Assembly: GCF_009914755.1 (NCBI RefSeq)
Contig: NC_060947.1
DNA from: the human T2T-CHM13v2.0 reference genome, Homo sapiens
DNA: 64,000 nucleotides
Strand: one strand, 5' to 3'
Positions 60,360-64,000 of the stretch are shown here, piece after piece (within the stretch, counting starts at the first letter, position 1; each line of letters opens with the position of its first letter). A model generated the notes under the pieces. That model made no database searches. It saw only the letters and a list, made by a program, of their open reading frames with translations, and was not told the origin of the DNA. The position numbers and the translations under genes were made by a program.

Positions 60360-60772
60360 TGTTAATCAAGTTTAGCCTAAAGATGCCTCCTTACATATTT
60401 AAGTTCAGCCTAAAAGTTTTTCTGTACATCTTGAACTATAACAAGTGGAAGTGTAAACCGACCATAGCCTACACCTGTGCCAATCACTGAGTTTTGGCCA
60501 ATCACATGTAGCCAGCTGTTTGAATCATGTTCAAATAAGGCAAATGCCAACCTGTAACCAATCCAGCTGTTTCTGTACCTCACTTCTGATTTCTGTAAGT
60601 CTTTTCCTTTTTTTTTTTTTTTTTTTTTTGTCTGTAAATCACCTTCCACTATGTAGCTGCACTGGAGTCTCTCCAAATCTGCTGTGATTCTGGGGGGTGC
60701 CTGATTTGCAAATTGTTCATCGCTCAGTTAAGCTCCTTTCAGCTTAATTCAGCTGAAGTTTATCTTTTAACA
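60360..60772 (+). mobile_element. MER57-family ERV1 solo LTR
   Basis: TGTTAATCAAGTTTAGCCTAAAG...CTTTTAACA; perfect 4-bp TSD CTAT; three CCAATC boxes. Confidence 0.85.
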
Positions 60773-60891
60773 CTATTTATCTACCTTTATGATCATTGAC
60801 TTTTTCCTCTGTCATCTCCCATCTAATATTAAGTTTATCCAGCAAATTTCTTTCTCAGAAGTGTATTTACTTTTCTCAAATTTTCATTTGG

Positions 60892-61215
60892 GGCCAGGAA
60901 CAGTGGCTCAAATCTGTAATCTCAGCATTTTGGAAGGCTGAAGCACGAGGATAACTTGAGGTCAGGAATTCAGTTGCCTAGCCTGTGCAATGCAGTGAGA
61001 CTCTGTCTCTACAAAAAATGCAAAAATTAGCCAGGCATGGTGGCATGTACCTAAAGTCCCACCTACCTGTGAGGCTAAGGTGAGAGGATCACTTGAGCCC
61101 AGGAGGTTGAGGCTGCAATGAGCTATGATCACAGTACTGTACTCTAGCCTGGGCAACAGAGTGAGACCCTGTCTCCAAACAAACAAACAAAAAAACAAAA
61201 CAACAACAAGAAGAA
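60892..61215 (+). mobile_element. AluJ with (CAAA)n/(CAA)n tail
   Basis: Dimeric Alu; flanking repeat core CATTTGG. Confidence 0.9.
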
Positions 61216-64000
61216 ACAATCCATTTGGCTCTTTTTTATAGTTTCTGTTTCTTTGCTGATATTTTCTATTATGTAATTTATTACAAGTATATTTTTATTT
61301 ATGTTTTTGAGCATAGTTATAATAGCTATCTTAAAGTTCTCTTCTGTTAATTGCCACATCTCAGTCATCTTGATGTTGTATCAATATATTGCTTTTTAAT
61401 TTGAATATCAGTTGCATTGTCCTGCTTTTTTATGTATTGATGAGTTTTGAAGTAAATCCTGGACATTATAAAAAATATAATACAAAAATTCTGAATTCTG
61501 TGTACTGATTTTTGTTGTTATTTTTATTATGGCAGGCAGTTAACTTGGCTGGACTCATGCTCCTGTGTCTCCCCTGTGGTGATGAGGAATTGACATTTGT
61601 TTAGTTCTTTTAGCTTTAACTCGGATGCTTACAGCCTGTCTCACACATGTGTAATTCAGGGGTCAGGTACATGTACAGGAGGATATTGCACACTGATCTT
61701 AGGGGGCCCCTCTGTAGTTTTCTTTTTTTAAAATAGGATACTGCCTTCACTTTCTAGCTGCTGCCTTCGTCCCTAAGTCCGTTATCCATTTCTTCACATC
61801 ATTATAGTTTTGGGTTTTCTATTCAATTTTATCTACTTCAGGTAGCACTGATTAGGACCTACTTTTAGGCAAAAACACTAAAATATGGAAACCCAACCAG
61901 TGCCCTTTACTCCTTTACTTCTTCCAAGTATAGTTACTCTGAAGTATCTGCCTGCTTCTGCTTGCCCTCTCATGCCTTCATACGTTTTCCCCAGAGTTGT
62001 TATCTGGGGGTTGCTAGTCTGCTAAGAGTTAATGCTTCATTTTCAGACAGGGAACATTTAAACTATGCGATTTTATGATATATAAATTAGATAAGATAGT
62101 GAATGGTACAAAATCTATATTTTGTTGGCTGTTGTACAAATATAACCTTATATCAGACAGTATAGAGCAAATTACATATACATATATATACACACACATA
62201 ATGTTAACAACTTCTAATTTCTTGTATTTGCTCCTTTTTTGTTGTGAATTTTGCAGAAAGAACAATTAAGTATAGTATTTTAACTTGTCTCATTTTCTTT
62301 TGGTGACTTTGGCATTTTAAAATTTGCTTTTTTTTTATTAGAGAGTTTTCCTACTAACACAAGGATAAGTTTAGATTCATAAATAACTATAATTTTAAGT
62401 GCAAAAATGCATATGACCAAAAGTGATACGTCTGCTATTAGTGAAAGATTTAAGTCAAAATGAACAAAACCCATCTCTCTTAATAAAGTGAAATAGCAAA
62501 TTTAAACAATTTGACTTTTCACATTGTATGTATTGTCAAATTGGTTTTAAAAAACAGATTATATACTTAGTATGACATTTTGCTACAGTTCATATTTCAA
62601 GTGCAAGTTTGTGGAATGGAGAGTATGATTCTTAAAATAACCTCAAATGCACTGTAAATTATAAATTTCTAGTACACGATAAACAGGATGTGTTGTTTAC
62701 AACTGTTTAGATCCACTAAATATTTGTAGATTTGCTTCCTCAGCTAGAGCAGGAACATACTGGCTATAACTCCCTGCCTTGTTCAATAACTTCCAGTAAT
62801 TATCAGGAATAAAATGCAGTAAATTTATGTAATAGACTGCCCCTTTGCTATAATATACAATCAGAGGCGATCAATGCTTCTTAAAATAAGGAGAAGAATT
62901 ACAACTGTGTTTTATTTTATAGCTTTGGTAATACAGCTTTGAAAACCACCAGAGGGAGTAGAGTTAAACTTCAGTGGTCAAATTCCATTGCCATAAAACA
63001 TAGCCTCAGGCTGACATTTTACAAAGTAGCAACGCAACAAAGGGCTGTGTACTTCTTAACAGACTATTTTATTTGTTCACTCATCTAGGTAGTCAGACTT
63101 CCACGTTTTGCTGCTCTTTTAGTTCATACGCCTGGAATAATTATAATCTCTCTGAATATAATAAGTATAATCAAGTTTAACCTTTGACCACATCATTGGA
63201 AGAGGGGAGGGTTAGACCTAGTTGATAATGAGACCTCCAGTGTTGCAGTAACCCCCACTGACTTGTTCATTACAAAGTTATATTTGTCACAGTTTTAGAA
63301 ATATATTTTCATTGTGGTTTAAATAAAGGCATTGTTGAGCCCTGCCTAGTTATGCTTAAAGTATAATTATACGCTACATATCTTGGTAAGTAAATGAAAG
63401 ACTTTTCTTGGTTGTTTGTTATAAATTTCTATTTTGCCTGTAGCTAAGTGAAGGCCAGGCCTCTAAAGTGTTTCAAGTATAATGCACAGTGAATATAAAA
63501 CAGTCCATTAATTGGGATAATAGGTCCCAGCATGTAATTGCATTTCTTAGGTACTATGGATAGCAACTGAGTGAAGTGGTATTTATTCAAGGTTGTTAGT
63601 CACCCGTGGATAACTTTATTTGTCCACTGATGCTTAAATAAATGCATCATCCATCAGTAAGAATATTTATGAAGAAATTTATAACAAAAATCATTATTGC
63701 GTCTCAAATTATGAAAGGAAACAGTATATAAAAGTTACTGAAGAATACCACAATAAAATCTTGCCAGTGCCTCAGGTTACTTGCTTTTATGTTGGTGGAC
63801 CGTAAAATATTGTGGAAACTCAAGAACAAGTGTGAACCAAACACCTTTACTGTACTTTTTTTCATGTGCTACCCAACAAAATATCTGTAAGACATGAGGT
63901 AAATTCCATCAGCATTTTTCAGCCCCATGAACATGCAGTTTTAAGAAAAAAACAATTTGCCAACAGACAACCTGTCAATGTACCACAAACCTTTACAATC

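Larger units (their letters stand above)
57775..62020 (-). mobile_element. Old L1M fragments hosting an L1PA, a MER57 and an AluJ
   Basis: T-rich degenerate L1 sequence that continues around the younger inserts. Confidence 0.6.

Noticed and set aside
62480-64000. Repeat-poor terminal stretch as possible exons or enhancer
   Set aside because: No ORF, splice pattern or motif cluster I can support from sequence alone.

Overview
Mammalian, almost certainly human, genomic DNA: the X-linked TEX13C locus. The single protein-coding gene is TEX13C (4122-7103, +, 993 aa), with an N-terminal TEX13 domain, a coding array of 28 mostly 63-bp (21-aa) repeats and a C-terminal RanBP2-type zinc finger. A probable 3'-UTR intron lies at 7123-7709. 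An LTR12 (ERV9) solo LTR sits head-to-head about 0.5 kb upstream, and a frameshifted FBLIM1 (migfilin) processed pseudogene lies convergently downstream (~10477-12150, -). The remaining ~52 kb is AT-rich and largely made of L1, L2, CR1, MIR, Alu, MaLR/THE1, ERV1/ERVL LTRs and DNA-transposon fossils, many nested. I see no new multi-gene system. The best leads are an L1 insertion that appears to combine a twin-priming inversion with a 3' transduction (25799-26409), a perfect 28-bp hairpin (9378-9446) with a second fold-back inside an L1 (48448-48508), the higher-order structure and RRxS sites of the TEX13C array, and the divergent LTR12/TEX13C promoter. Repeat subfamily names come from recalled consensus sequences and need RepeatMasker/Dfam confirmation.
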